A stretch of DNA of 64,000 bases from a virus. Each line of letters begins with the position of its first letter. Position 1 is the stretch's first letter. The stretch spans positions 1 to 64,000 of IMG/VR virus record IMGVR_UViG_3300013132_000036, one strand, 5' to 3'. The notes below the pieces were generated by a model that saw only the letters and a program-made list of their open reading frames with translations, was not told the origin of the DNA and did not search any database. Position numbers and translations under genes: made by a program. Positions 48,901-59,036 of this stretch are shown here, piece after piece.

Positions 48901-51595
48901 TACCGTAAAATCCAGGAAAAGAATCTAAGTCCGGATAAAAGGAATAATCAAAATTACTAGTGGTAACTCCAGTCGTAATGTTTCCTCTTGATGACAATGT
49001 CGGAAAAACATTAGACTCTGCTCCAGTAGAACCGGTGGCTAATGTATACTCTTCTTCTCCTGCTATCCCTTCAAAGAAATCCGGTCCAATTATAGTATTA
49101 ATTGGGGATCCTGAAGTTGGATATATTATTGTCGCTCCAGAAGATACGAAGTATGTTTTTCCTGGAACTATTTTAGTTATTCCTGAAGGTTGAACATCTA
49201 AATGTTTATAGTACTCAGATGTTGGAGTATATCCATATTGGCTATACCAGAAATCCATATCTATTTCTCTTAATCCATAGAAAGAAAAAATTCCTAGCGG
49301 AACGTCATACGTATCAAATGCTGAAATAGATCCAGATGTACCAAAAGCTATTGATTCAGTAAAATTAGATATTTCGAGCGTGGCGTGTGTTTCAAAATCC
49401 TTAAGTCCTACTATTTCACCTTTCTCGTCTTTAGCATATTGATCAACAAACCTATACTTTCCTACAACAATAGAAGCTCCCCTGTTTGAGTATTCTGGTA
49501 TATTATTAAATGAATCTGTGGATGTACTTTTTATAGTTTCTATAAACGTTTTGCCTATCTCTATCTTATTTGCATCCTCTATCTTAACCTTAACTCTTGT
49601 ATTAGCATAATTAGATCCGCCTAAGAATGATTGTCTCTGATTTATATCACAAACATCTTTTTCATTTATAAAGACAATGCCTCTTTTGGTATCAGGCATT
49701 CTTTGGGATGTTGTAAAATTCTGAAAAAAGTCTAAATAATATTTAGTGTTCTCCTGTATACCAACTGCATTTGTTCTTATTACAATCTCGTCTCCTGAAT
49801 TAAAGGCCTCAAATGAGTTGTAATTGAAACTATTGAAAATACCGGTTAAAGCCTCTGCAATTTCTTCATTTGTTCCAAAGGGATGATAATAATAAACATT
49901 GTCCTGGGCATAAAAGCTTCCAGGTCCCCACTCATCAATAGTAGAAGAAAGATCCGATGCTCTAATTATGTCATATTTAGCGCCAGGTAATCCATGATAG
50001 CCTAAAGGATTATAAAATATAAATGAATTCTCGTTATAATTATTTAGCTCTCCTGCTATTCTAATAACGCTGTACCCTCTTCCTTTCTGTCCTGTAGTTA
50101 CTGCAGGATATTGCTTTCTAGTATCTACGTCCTTTCCTGATAATAAAGATAGGTCTAGAGATGTATCTTGTATTACTAATTGGTTCTCGTATCCATTTAT
50201 TCCGTAAACTGAATACAGTGGATCTGGTGATGAATTTCCATAATCTTCGTACCTTTTTAGAGAGTGAAAATTATCTTTCTTGTCTTTTATCCAAAAAAGT
50301 TTAGTTTCCTCTAATATGTTTACGTCATCTGAGTTTGGTATAACCCCCGATATGTAGTTAGGATCTAAATATAATCTTACTCCATTGTCATTATATTGGT
50401 AATAAGAATTTTCTTGGTAATAGTATCCTTTATTATTTTTTTCAGGAACTGGGGTGTTTCCAGAGGTTCCTTGACTTTTGTAAAGTGCATCCCCATCTAT
50501 CTTAAAATTAGCTATCTCTGGGGCATTAACATATAACCCAAAATATCTATTTATAGTGTAATTGGAAGAGTCGTTGTCATTAAATAAAAACTCTAGATTT
50601 AAAAGCTTATAGCTTAATACCCCATTGTTTCTGAATCCGTTAGTTATAAAATCTTCGAATCCTATTTGGGTTTCTGGATTTTTATAATAATCTATTAAAT
50701 AATCCCCTTTCTTATCAAATATTCCAACTTGATAATTAACACCATTAAAAGTAGTTAACTGATTTTCTTCAAATCTAACATCTATTAGACTATCAGTATA
50801 CCCAGGAGTATTTTTTATCTTTCTTAGATATTTACCTATTTTAGAATCGGCAGTTAAATCAAAACTTGCTACAACAGTAGACTTTGGTAATATCTTATCG
50901 TAGAAATGATCCTCCGTGTTTTCAACATTTCCCATGTTGTATAATGGGTCCAAAAGTATTACAGATCCTTGTCCCTGTACAACATTAAAACTAAAAGAAG
51001 TAGCAGTGAAAACATTGCCATCTGTGTAAGTTTGTGTTCCTGAAGATATCTGGAAAGGAAGGTATCCAGCACTTTGTGGATCTATTGAGGTGTCCTGTAA
51101 AACTTTATATGTGCTTCCGATAACAAGAGAAGTTACTGGAACTTTGTATGAATAATCTATCGGATCATTTAATTTAAAAATAACAAAATGATCAGGTATA
51201 TCTTCACCTAACCAAAATGGAGCTAGGTAAGAGAAATCTTCATCATATTTGTCGGAGATTAAAGGAGAAACACCAGAGCTATAAAAAAAACTGTAGCTGT
51301 CTGATAAATCCTTTATCTGGTTCTGGACCGGATCTCCTTCACCAAACATACCAAAAACAAACTGTGATGGGGTTTTACCCTCTCTGAAAAATCTATAAAG
51401 ATCCTTATCATAAGAAGTTTCTGGAGATATCCTAAAGCCTTTATAATAGCTGTTAGACATCTCAGAATTAGAATCTATAGAATTAAGCCATATATCACTT
51501 TTGGAATCAACTGTAATTTTTACATTTCCGGATATTCTTGGATTGGCTCTGAGAACTCCAAAAGAAGAATTTTGTTTAATTATTTTCCTTGCCAC
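45968..51595 (-). CDS. Very large putative baseplate/tail structural protein
   Basis: 1875 aa, Y/F/N/S-rich, in the structural operon; internal YYFDLSDASN...YYVA beta-sandwich module. Confidence 0.65.
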   Translation of the reverse strand: MARKIIKQNSSFGVLRANPRISGNVKITVDSKSDIWLNSIDSNSEMSNSYYKGFRISPETSYDKDLYRFFREGKTPSQFVFGMFGEGDPVQNQIKDLSDSYSFFYSSGVSPLISDKYDEDFSYLAPFWLGEDIPDHFVIFKLNDPIDYSYKVPVTSLVIGSTYKVLQDTSIDPQSAGYLPFQISSGTQTYTDGNVFTATSFSFNVVQGQGSVILLDPLYNMGNVENTEDHFYDKILPKSTVVASFDLTADSKIGKYLRKIKNTPGYTDSLIDVRFEENQLTTFNGVNYQVGIFDKKGDYLIDYYKNPETQIGFEDFITNGFRNNGVLSYKLLNLEFLFNDNDSSNYTINRYFGLYVNAPEIANFKIDGDALYKSQGTSGNTPVPEKNNKGYYYQENSYYQYNDNGVRLYLDPNYISGVIPNSDDVNILEETKLFWIKDKKDNFHSLKRYEDYGNSSPDPLYSVYGINGYENQLVIQDTSLDLSLLSGKDVDTRKQYPAVTTGQKGRGYSVIRIAGELNNYNENSFIFYNPLGYHGLPGAKYDIIRASDLSSTIDEWGPGSFYAQDNVYYYHPFGTNEEIAEALTGIFNSFNYNSFEAFNSGDEIVIRTNAVGIQENTKYYLDFFQNFTTSQRMPDTKRGIVFINEKDVCDINQRQSFLGGSNYANTRVKVKIEDANKIEIGKTFIETIKSTSTDSFNNIPEYSNRGASIVVGKYRFVDQYAKDEKGEIVGLKDFETHATLEISNFTESIAFGTSGSISAFDTYDVPLGIFSFYGLREIDMDFWYSQYGYTPTSEYYKHLDVQPSGITKIVPGKTYFVSSGATIIYPTSGSPINTIIGPDFFEGIAGEEEYTLATGSTGAESNVFPTLSSRGNITTGVTTSNFDYSFYPDLDSFPGFYGIQSLEFIDNAIGLDTKYKQLNFGKLSSEYDYTKDNYNPLFATNSRVSPYITKWVYRGGTDIRGNGYRLNANIAFSPLNFSPSFFRRAQDPQYFTHEWYQLQKPPYSFPEESIHSDKNYLASEINLSFLSDANPALRDYFLDYFSIEGDDLAQYYPGSTTINKIGLTERYSVFDFNSGSKFSETLFRGAKVRIKRTFTDYAQGESIKYIEDDRFYDDYKFSCVIVPVKNILDEIQTPVKIKVVENRTFKNITFIIEVLIEDARVLNFENISPENQYLDLDYFLLYSLKDKLDSSYFSTVVSSSLPSGLVELPTVGDIKLSSALNISSAPNIQGLFSTVNSGTVGNEGEIYIIPNPDYETDLRDEINFTYLPSVQPNPISGPNTTSPGSFYGIAGPSPYSGYTLPFPTGVGQSVINFTNIQPGYQFNFSDIGIPGPVNIPTIANYSSLLNIPIYQRQGGIGYWENILEKISFANLSLWVNTGYPYIDYLTYEWDETSETTKVLENQFVLEFIKPSFFEQETVIVPVEITDKPQELSVFNVGYETEDIDGQSELYRYGGEYVPSFREVLNFEDVKYDVPAWTIPNYNTFTVKVVEKPEESSSYDIGSTSCLEINGVAQGEINLIKGVIYYFDLSDASNTGYQIYFSENQIGNDISNDSITQGYTLFGTPGTTGSYVEIDVPYDFPSTVYYVANGGKYMGGGIKVIDPIEYSYCSFGPYKDNFGVSKNVNYYKYSPQWIFRIGQNSPYNPVYTIIGETPVDKRNLSIFESSWDPGFYREYTGPTGYVNLPGTRVMKEQKSFFGSKFMQTPDLINSQKQLVYFQSLKDVLDLNYNNYPNYEILWENTPTELKGVILMDRMLNRYFLENGGKESFNKFIIPEFGFGNTSDIDDDFKEYMNQNIIPIFQSKLNRGYLKKVPVSSNETLVPVIGNLADYQKLINGYFNSEEVRYTKVNDLRYEFRIPKDPSFNYSVCFSIDIGKI

Positions 51596-51598
51596 TTA

Positions 51599-54500
51599 CT
51601 AGATAGTTGTTTTCTTACTTTGAGAATAAGCTGGTGAAACTAACGAAGTCTTAGTATAACTTCCTGACACTAAAACATCGAAAGAAAAAAGATCTTCGTT
51701 TTTTACCTGTATATCTATTCCTATTTTCTTAGTGTAGGTAATATTCTTAAGGTTACCTGCAGATCTCCATCCTCCAACGTATCCTAGTTTATCTTGAGCT
51801 CTCATTTGAAAAACAAGTGGTACTGTTATAGCATTCTCCTGACCAAAATCTAATGTCTTTTTAGCCAATTGAGTAGATCCTTCTATCTGAACCGCTGTGT
51901 GATTAGTAGGAGCTAAAAATAAATAGGATCCACAAGAGAACTTACCACATAGGAATTCGTCAGTTTCTACAAATCCTAGTTTATTAGGATATGAGTTATC
52001 GTCAGTACCAAAAGAAGACCCGGAGTTAGCTGGATAATATTCCAACTGTTGGTACGAAGAAGATTGAGTTCCTGGTACAGAAGCTGATATATTTGTATCA
52101 GTCTCAAATCCTAAAGCGTGTCTAAAAGAGGGATAATTCATAGGTCCTGCAGGTAAAACTGAAGGCCTTATCAATGATTCAAAAATTGTTGAATTTCCGT
52201 CGTTTATATCAGGATGAGAAATATGGATACAGAACTCATTAAGATCCCCATTAATATCTGGTGATCCACCTGTGTATGTACCACTCCATATATTAGCGTT
52301 AGCACCCGCACTTACCACACTTGTTGTAGATGGTTTAAATGGTATTATTATGCCATCATTATTTATAGGTAACTGGCTGCCTCCCACTGTTGAACCATTA
52401 TCTATGTTCCATGCTAATGTTGTGGAAGGAACAAAATATAATCCCTCGTCAAGTCCTACACTCTTATATCTATTATAAACAAACTGTGAGTATGCGTTTC
52501 CACTTTGATATCCAGAAGCTTGAACAAAAGATCCAGGAGAAGATGTATTAACATTAGCATCAACAATACCAGAAAGCTGAATTGGAGTTTCTCCGTACTT
52601 CCTATTATTGTTGTAATCAGCCTGACTAGTAATAGAATTTGGTGCTTTAACTCCTTGACCTCCTGGTATTAATGAAGAAAGTTCTAGTGGTGTTGCTGCT
52701 TCGTTTCTTAATTCTAGATAGTAAACAACGTTTGCTATCTTACCTTTGTTACTAGGATTTGAAAGATCTATAAGTTGATCATAGTATCCAGCAAATAAGT
52801 TTATAGTACTTCCAGGATTCACTTTGTTAGAAGTGTTTCCACTTCTAATATAAACACCTAATGTTCCTTTAGCTCTAGCAATCAATGCTCTTAATGATTG
52901 TAGTTCGTTATCAATTTGTGTTAGCTTCTGGAAAAGATCTAGCGCCTTCCCTGTTGCATCAAAAAATCCAGATGCAATCACTGAAGAATTATGAGCGTAA
53001 AATTTATCACCCGATGTGAATTGAGTAGATAAATGCTGATCTAACCCTTTTGCCTGTAAATCGCTTTGTACTTTAGAAACTGCTGTGTCTGTGTTGTTTT
53101 GTACAATAAAAGATGAGTTGTCAACCTCGACAACAAGATCTGGTGGAAAATCAACTATTGCCGATGTTGACCAATCAGAAGTTAAAGGGTTAGTTGGCCA
53201 TCCAGCTTCAGATACTGACTGTACTTGGATTTCTACTTTTTCCCCTTTTGTTATAGAAATATCTAGCTGGTTTATATTGACTGTATTAGCGTCGCTAACG
53301 TCTTCAATTTGCCATACATATGTTCCAGTATTAGTATCATATACTTTCTTCCTTACGTCGCTTTTAAATTGAATCCAGTTAGTAAACTGACCAGTTTTTG
53401 CTACGCCATTGTTATCAATGTAATCTATCTGATCTACTCCGTTGGGATTACCTGTCAAAGAAAGATATCTGTATCTTACATTAAACTGAACTATATTTTG
53501 CTCTCCAGTTTTAGGATCAATTATAGGTTCAGGTATAGGCCAAAATCCCCTTACTCTATATTTAGGTGCTTCAGTTAATTCCGGTACCGCTATAATTAAA
53601 TTGTTTAATTCTGTTATCGTGGTAGCTACCAATTCAGTTTTAACACTTTTGTCTTTTGTGAGAGCACTAATTTTATCATTTAACTTTTTAAATTCTGCGG
53701 TTGGTGTTTTACCAACAGAAGTTGTCGTTAGTTCGGATAATTGTTTTCTAGTTTGATCTATTGCTCTATCTATAGAATCCACTTCATTCTTAAGTGTATT
53801 CTTAGTTTTAACCTTATCTTTAAAAGCGTCGCTCTCTTTAGAGTTTGTTATTTGTGAATTTACCCTTACAACTTTAAAGTTACCAGGAGAAACTACAGGA
53901 GCTGCTGGGGTTTGTCCGTATATAGCGGGAATAGTATTATCTTTTGCAGATGCTATAAATATTTTTCCAAAATCAGAAACCTGAGAGTTGTAAAAAGCCT
54001 CTAATGTTTTTACTCCGTCAGTAGTTGATATCTGAAGCTCATTAGACCAGAAGCAAATTCCTGGGCTATATTTACTAGACGCAACATTAAAATCGCCATC
54101 AATAGATTTGATAAATACTCCCTGTCTTTCATCGAATCCAACATTTACCCCTACCTGTCTATTAGACAACACATTAGAATATATTGTTAATACTGAATCT
54201 CCCAGCTGTATAGGTTCAAATCCAAATAATCTTTTAACTACCACGGTTTGATTAGTGGAATCAATCGATGTTATTTCATATTTAGTTCCTCCAGCAGTTA
54301 TTAATATATCACCTTTGGTTAATGTTCTAGAGTTTTGTGTATCTGCTAAAACGTCGTTGTATTTTAGAGTATTAAGTTTGTATTTTCTAACTGTATTAGT
54401 AGTTGTTGTTCCATTTACAGTTATCTGTACTTCCTCATCAAATATTCTTAATACTCCAAAAGAACCTGTATATCTTATTGTTCTTAGATCTAAATCATTT

Positions 54501-55099
54501 ATTTGTTCGTCAATAAAATACTGAATGCCTTGGCTCTCTAACGAAGCTATAAAATCAGCATCGCTTAAATCATTTCTACCTTTAATATTATTGTCAAAAT
54601 ATTGCTTCTGTACATCAGATTGTGTGTTAGCAATTATTCTTTTTACATAAACACTTTCTGAATTTTCAGGTATTTGATTTTCAACATCGATTTCTATATA
54701 AAGAAGAGGATTTAGAAAAGATTCAAAAAACCAATTATTTCTAGCTTGGAATGTCGAAGGAACCTGTAGACTAGCAGGAGATGATGGATCTTTTAGTGTT
54801 TTAGCTTGATATATTTTAGCAACTGTTCCGTCCGGATTTCTAACATTCGCTCTGTTATCTTCTAATCCAGATAAGGCTTTTATATTTTGGTCCAGCCTGT
54901 TTATTTCTGTTTTTAAATATCCGAATGATGGTATTTGTATATTTTCAGAAGTGTTATCATCCATCAGGAATTCTATCTCAACAGAATCCTTAGAAGATGT
55001 TGTCACATCATTAAGCTTATTTATAATCTCAAGAGAGTTTTTCTGTAGCCTAAGAAACTGTGCTATTAATGATGAAAATGAATTTTTAGTATTCGACAT
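51599..55099 (-). CDS. Large putative baseplate/tail structural protein with coiled coils
   Basis: 1166 aa; tightly coupled in the structural operon. Confidence 0.65.
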   Translation of the reverse strand: MSNTKNSFSSLIAQFLRLQKNSLEIINKLNDVTTSSKDSVEIEFLMDDNTSENIQIPSFGYLKTEINRLDQNIKALSGLEDNRANVRNPDGTVAKIYQAKTLKDPSSPASLQVPSTFQARNNWFFESFLNPLLYIEIDVENQIPENSESVYVKRIIANTQSDVQKQYFDNNIKGRNDLSDADFIASLESQGIQYFIDEQINDLDLRTIRYTGSFGVLRIFDEEVQITVNGTTTTNTVRKYKLNTLKYNDVLADTQNSRTLTKGDILITAGGTKYEITSIDSTNQTVVVKRLFGFEPIQLGDSVLTIYSNVLSNRQVGVNVGFDERQGVFIKSIDGDFNVASSKYSPGICFWSNELQISTTDGVKTLEAFYNSQVSDFGKIFIASAKDNTIPAIYGQTPAAPVVSPGNFKVVRVNSQITNSKESDAFKDKVKTKNTLKNEVDSIDRAIDQTRKQLSELTTTSVGKTPTAEFKKLNDKISALTKDKSVKTELVATTITELNNLIIAVPELTEAPKYRVRGFWPIPEPIIDPKTGEQNIVQFNVRYRYLSLTGNPNGVDQIDYIDNNGVAKTGQFTNWIQFKSDVRKKVYDTNTGTYVWQIEDVSDANTVNINQLDISITKGEKVEIQVQSVSEAGWPTNPLTSDWSTSAIVDFPPDLVVEVDNSSFIVQNNTDTAVSKVQSDLQAKGLDQHLSTQFTSGDKFYAHNSSVIASGFFDATGKALDLFQKLTQIDNELQSLRALIARAKGTLGVYIRSGNTSNKVNPGSTINLFAGYYDQLIDLSNPSNKGKIANVVYYLELRNEAATPLELSSLIPGGQGVKAPNSITSQADYNNNRKYGETPIQLSGIVDANVNTSSPGSFVQASGYQSGNAYSQFVYNRYKSVGLDEGLYFVPSTTLAWNIDNGSTVGGSQLPINNDGIIIPFKPSTTSVVSAGANANIWSGTYTGGSPDINGDLNEFCIHISHPDINDGNSTIFESLIRPSVLPAGPMNYPSFRHALGFETDTNISASVPGTQSSSYQQLEYYPANSGSSFGTDDNSYPNKLGFVETDEFLCGKFSCGSYLFLAPTNHTAVQIEGSTQLAKKTLDFGQENAITVPLVFQMRAQDKLGYVGGWRSAGNLKNITYTKKIGIDIQVKNEDLFSFDVLVSGSYTKTSLVSPAYSQSKKTTI

Positions 55100-55105
55100 T
55101 TTTTT

Positions 55106-57289
55106 TTATTTTATTTGATCAACTTCAAATATTAAGTTCTTATCATCTATACAAACAATATCAAAAATTGGTTTATAATTAGATCCAGAAAACTGCGTGT
55201 TAAGGAATCCTGCAACTACAGAAGAATATGGTACTCCTGAAGGGGTTGATTTAGGATATTCACCTAATGCGTCAGTTAAAATAACAAGTGAATAATTTCC
55301 TAGATCTATATCATCTCCTATAACAAGTCTTAAAACTTGTCCTTTTTTCCATTTGTTTATGCTGTCATCTATTCTTATAACAATGTCATTATTAGCTGTT
55401 ATTGAAACTCCGTTATTTTTATGCTTCAAATAGTTAGTATAAATCGAAAGAGGAATAGTATTTCCTGCCACCGGATTTATAGTAAACAACGAATTGGTTG
55501 AAATATTATAATCCTGTTGTGTGACATTAACTTTTAATATATTAGGAGTGTTTCTATCTACTGATGTTCCGTCACCGTCTTTTAATAGGTCAAGATTATA
55601 TGACATATTAATAGAAGTCTGATTCTGTAATATGTCGTTGATTGTATCGCTATTGTTTTCTATAAGACTTAGAATATCCTGCGTGTTATCGAAAAGAGCC
55701 TGATTTGCTTGTAAAGAAGCCTCGATTACATCTAATCTTGCTTTTATCTCTGTGCTGTCGTCAGTGTTTATTATCAGATCTTTAAGATCATTGATATCAT
55801 TCTGCATACTAGCTATCTGCAATGTCCTGTCATTAAGATTCTTAGCGGCATCTTGTAAAACAGTAGCTGCGTCCATAAAGATGGAAAGTGAAAAAGATGA
55901 GTAGTCATTAATAGCCTGCTCAACTCCAGTGCTTTCCACATCGGTATCAAACTTTAGGTTTATTTTAAACCCGTAAGAATTACCATTAAGTTTAGTAATT
56001 GCATCTGGCTTAAATTTCTTAAACGAGGGAAGCTTGGCTGCGTTTGTCGAAACAGGCTCAGGATCATTTAAGAAAAGAATTCCATAAAGATTAGTTTCTG
56101 AATCGGTGGGATTATTAGGATCATAAACATCATAATAAACTAAAACTGCATTAAACTCAAAAGAAGTTGTAATAGGGGTTCCGTTCCATTCTTCAATCGT
56201 TGAAATTCCCACGTAATTTTGAATAGCTTTGTATGATGCTGGATCAAAATCTATCTGAACTCCATCAAGATTGTTTCTTTTATATGTTACAGAGTAGCCA
56301 CCAGGACCAGAAACTGCTAAGTATTTTTCAATTTCATAGTTACTACTATCGAAAAAAGTGGGATCAGTAAAATACGAATTAGCCTCATCTCTTGGGGAAT
56401 ACCAATTGTTTGTAAAAGATCCAGTTGCAGATGTTCCACTAACACCAGGTTCTCCTAAAACGTCCTGATCAAATATTGCTAATTTAGGTAATCCATTAGG
56501 ACCGTATAGACCAGAAGCAGAATCACGTCCCTGGATATATTCAGTATCAGTTGGATCAAGAGGTAAGTGTGTCCATGTTCTATCCGGATAATAATTTTCG
56601 TCTGCTATTGTTTTAAATAAAACATAAGGCGTTCCTCCGTCTCCGGTAGGTACATGAATATAAACCTCTGAATATGCGTTTTCTGAATTTTGTACAGAGT
56701 TTACAACGTCTATGTCCCCTATATACTGAACTATTCTTTCGTATCTAGGATTAGGTGTTCCGTTTCCTGTTAATAAAGTGTCCTCCTCTACCCATCTTTT
56801 ATCGGAATATGGATATCCATCTTTTGATGTTGTCAGTGTTTGATTTAGGGAGGCAACTACTTCATTCGTGTTTGCTGTCCTATATCTAACACCCCCTAGT
56901 TCTTTAACCCATTTCCAAAAAACCCTTTCTGAAACGTTTCTTTTTAAATCCTGATTATAATTAGGATCTGAAATAATAGTTGACTCTAGGTTTAAACAAT
57001 AATTTTGAAAAGAGATCTCTGGTGAAGGACTTAAATTATTTGGATTTGTTAATATAAAATCCCCAGCAGCAGCATCTAAAAAAGTCGTATCGATAGCATT
57101 AAACTGTAAGGTGTTCTCTCCATATGTCGGAGTTCCGAATTCTGGGAGTTTTAATAAAGCATATTTAGAGAAAGTAAATTTCTTTAATGAATTATTAAAG
57201 GTTAAAGATAAATCCTCTGCAGAAGAAGAGAAGGTATAAAAGGTGCCTCCTTGAACTGCTATAGGTCTTATATAAGGTGTCTTTGCCAT
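55106..57289 (-). CDS. Putative virion structural protein
   Basis: 727 aa with a coiled-coil segment; in the structural operon. Confidence 0.65.
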   Translation of the reverse strand: MAKTPYIRPIAVQGGTFYTFSSSAEDLSLTFNNSLKKFTFSKYALLKLPEFGTPTYGENTLQFNAIDTTFLDAAAGDFILTNPNNLSPSPEISFQNYCLNLESTIISDPNYNQDLKRNVSERVFWKWVKELGGVRYRTANTNEVVASLNQTLTTSKDGYPYSDKRWVEEDTLLTGNGTPNPRYERIVQYIGDIDVVNSVQNSENAYSEVYIHVPTGDGGTPYVLFKTIADENYYPDRTWTHLPLDPTDTEYIQGRDSASGLYGPNGLPKLAIFDQDVLGEPGVSGTSATGSFTNNWYSPRDEANSYFTDPTFFDSSNYEIEKYLAVSGPGGYSVTYKRNNLDGVQIDFDPASYKAIQNYVGISTIEEWNGTPITTSFEFNAVLVYYDVYDPNNPTDSETNLYGILFLNDPEPVSTNAAKLPSFKKFKPDAITKLNGNSYGFKINLKFDTDVESTGVEQAINDYSSFSLSIFMDAATVLQDAAKNLNDRTLQIASMQNDINDLKDLIINTDDSTEIKARLDVIEASLQANQALFDNTQDILSLIENNSDTINDILQNQTSINMSYNLDLLKDGDGTSVDRNTPNILKVNVTQQDYNISTNSLFTINPVAGNTIPLSIYTNYLKHKNNGVSITANNDIVIRIDDSINKWKKGQVLRLVIGDDIDLGNYSLVILTDALGEYPKSTPSGVPYSSVVAGFLNTQFSGSNYKPIFDIVCIDDKNLIFEVDQIK

Positions 57290-57306
57290 CGATTATTTTT
57301 TCTTTA

Positions 57307-58224
57307 TTAGAATGTAAAGCCTTGTGTAGAATTAACAACCACCCAAGATCCTTTTTGTGTCGCTGCTCCCTGATCTATTCTTGGCTCCCACATAAGTGTA
57401 ATTGATGACTTGTATTGGTTACCAGGTGTTTGTATAATAGGATCTGAATAAGAGCCGTCTCCTGTAGAAAATCCTGTATAATAGTAAGGCGAAGGACCAG
57501 TAACTCCAGTAGATATTATTCCTGCAGTGGTAGCAGCGTCTACTAATGTTACTGTGTAGCCAGCAGGAATATCAGAAGCAGTTGCTCCATTACCTGTTGC
57601 TGCATAAAAGAAAAATCCTGTAGCGTTTGAAGCATCAGCCGTCGCGCCTGAAACAAAGTCTGATTGTATATAGATAACATTTTCAGTTAAATTTAATTGG
57701 TAAGGACTGGAATATGTTCCAGTAACACCTGCACCAGGTGCAGAAGGAAAAGCTGTAGTTGAACCAACGGTAGCTTTTCTATTTGTATTTACAAAATTAC
57801 CGGAAGCTCCTATCGTCATTCTTCCTTCTACATTAAGAACACTTTGGAAAGTTGCTGTTGCCCCAAATGTTGATGCCCCAGAAGCAGAAAAGCTATTGAC
57901 CTGAAGAATGTTTGAAAAAATACCAGTAGCTCCTGCCACTGTGTTTGTAAACACTATAGAACCTCCACTTGCTCCTGTACCATATATTTGAATGGTGGGT
58001 GAACCAGATGCTGGCATCACCAAGCTGTTAGATAGGAGGGATTTAGATTTTATTTGTCCACTCGATGCACTAGAAACGTCTAATGATCCAGTTAACACAT
58101 TAATATTAAATGTGTTTTCTAAATCATTATAAGCATTTTCTAGGAGCAAAAAGTTAGCATTAATAGTTAATCTTGATCCTGATATAGAATCCGTTCCGAG
58201 GATTTCAGTAATTGTTATTGCCAT
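57307..58224 (-). CDS. Putative short fibre/structural protein
   Basis: DSISGSRLTINANF head motif, G/A/T/S-rich; GATATATA at 58244-58251 heads the operon. Confidence 0.65.
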   Translation of the reverse strand: MAITITEILGTDSISGSRLTINANFLLLENAYNDLENTFNINVLTGSLDVSSASSGQIKSKSLLSNSLVMPASGSPTIQIYGTGASGGSIVFTNTVAGATGIFSNILQVNSFSASGASTFGATATFQSVLNVEGRMTIGASGNFVNTNRKATVGSTTAFPSAPGAGVTGTYSSPYQLNLTENVIYIQSDFVSGATADASNATGFFFYAATGNGATASDIPAGYTVTLVDAATTAGIISTGVTGPSPYYYTGFSTGDGSYSDPIIQTPGNQYKSSITLMWEPRIDQGAATQKGSWVVVNSTQGFTF

Positions 58225-58335
58225 TTGATTTTTCTTTTTTTGATATATATCCTGTATTTAATACTTTAAGAAAAGACGGGGTTAATTATTAAACAGAGAA
58301 ACATCAAATATGTTTCTTAAAATAAAAAAAATCTT

Positions 58336-59010
58336 ATGACTACAGGAAGCAACTGGACACAAAAAAGAAAACCTAAAAATCCTATTAAGTTTAAAATTAA
58401 TCTAAACGACGAACAAAAGGATGCTAAAGCTATCATTTTAGAAAATCCCGTTAACGTTCTTAAAGGAGCTGCTGGGTCGGGAAAAACGTTACTAGCAGTA
58501 CAAATAGCTCTGGACATGCTATTTAACAGGGAGATTGAAAAACTAGTTATTACTAGACCAACAGTGGCAAAGGAAGATATAGGTTTTCTTCCTGGGGATT
58601 TAAAAGAAAAAATGGATCCTTGGTTAGCTCCTATCTATGCAAATCTCGAGATGGTCTATGAAAAAACTAAAGTTGAGAAATTACTCAGTGATGGGATTAT
58701 AGAGATTTTACCATTTCCTTTTATGAGAGGTAGAACACTCGTTAATTCTTGTGTGATTGTTGACGAGGCACAAAACGTAACTATGAACCAGATGGAAATG
58801 GTATTAGGAAGGCTTGGGATTGGTTCTAAAATAATCATATGTGGAGACACTTCACAGATTGACTTGAAAAACAAAAAAGAATCTGGACTAGATTTTATGA
58901 ATACTCTTTCTGCAAGAGTAGAAGGAGTTAAAGTCATAACATTGAAGAAAAACCATAGACATCCGATAGTACCGGATATTTTAGATGTTTATAGGGAATA
59001 TACAACATAA
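58336..59010 (+). CDS. phoH: PhoH-like ATPase
   Basis: GAAGSGKT, ITRP, GFLPG, FMRGRT, DEAQN, GDTSQID, RHP. Confidence 0.95.
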   Translation: MTTGSNWTQKRKPKNPIKFKINLNDEQKDAKAIILENPVNVLKGAAGSGKTLLAVQIALDMLFNREIEKLVITRPTVAKEDIGFLPGDLKEKMDPWLAPIYANLEMVYEKTKVEKLLSDGIIEILPFPFMRGRTLVNSCVIVDEAQNVTMNQMEMVLGRLGIGSKIIICGDTSQIDLKNKKESGLDFMNTLSARVEGVKVITLKKNHRHPIVPDILDVYREYTT

Positions 59011-59036
59011 AAATAATATACAAATAAAAAATAAAC

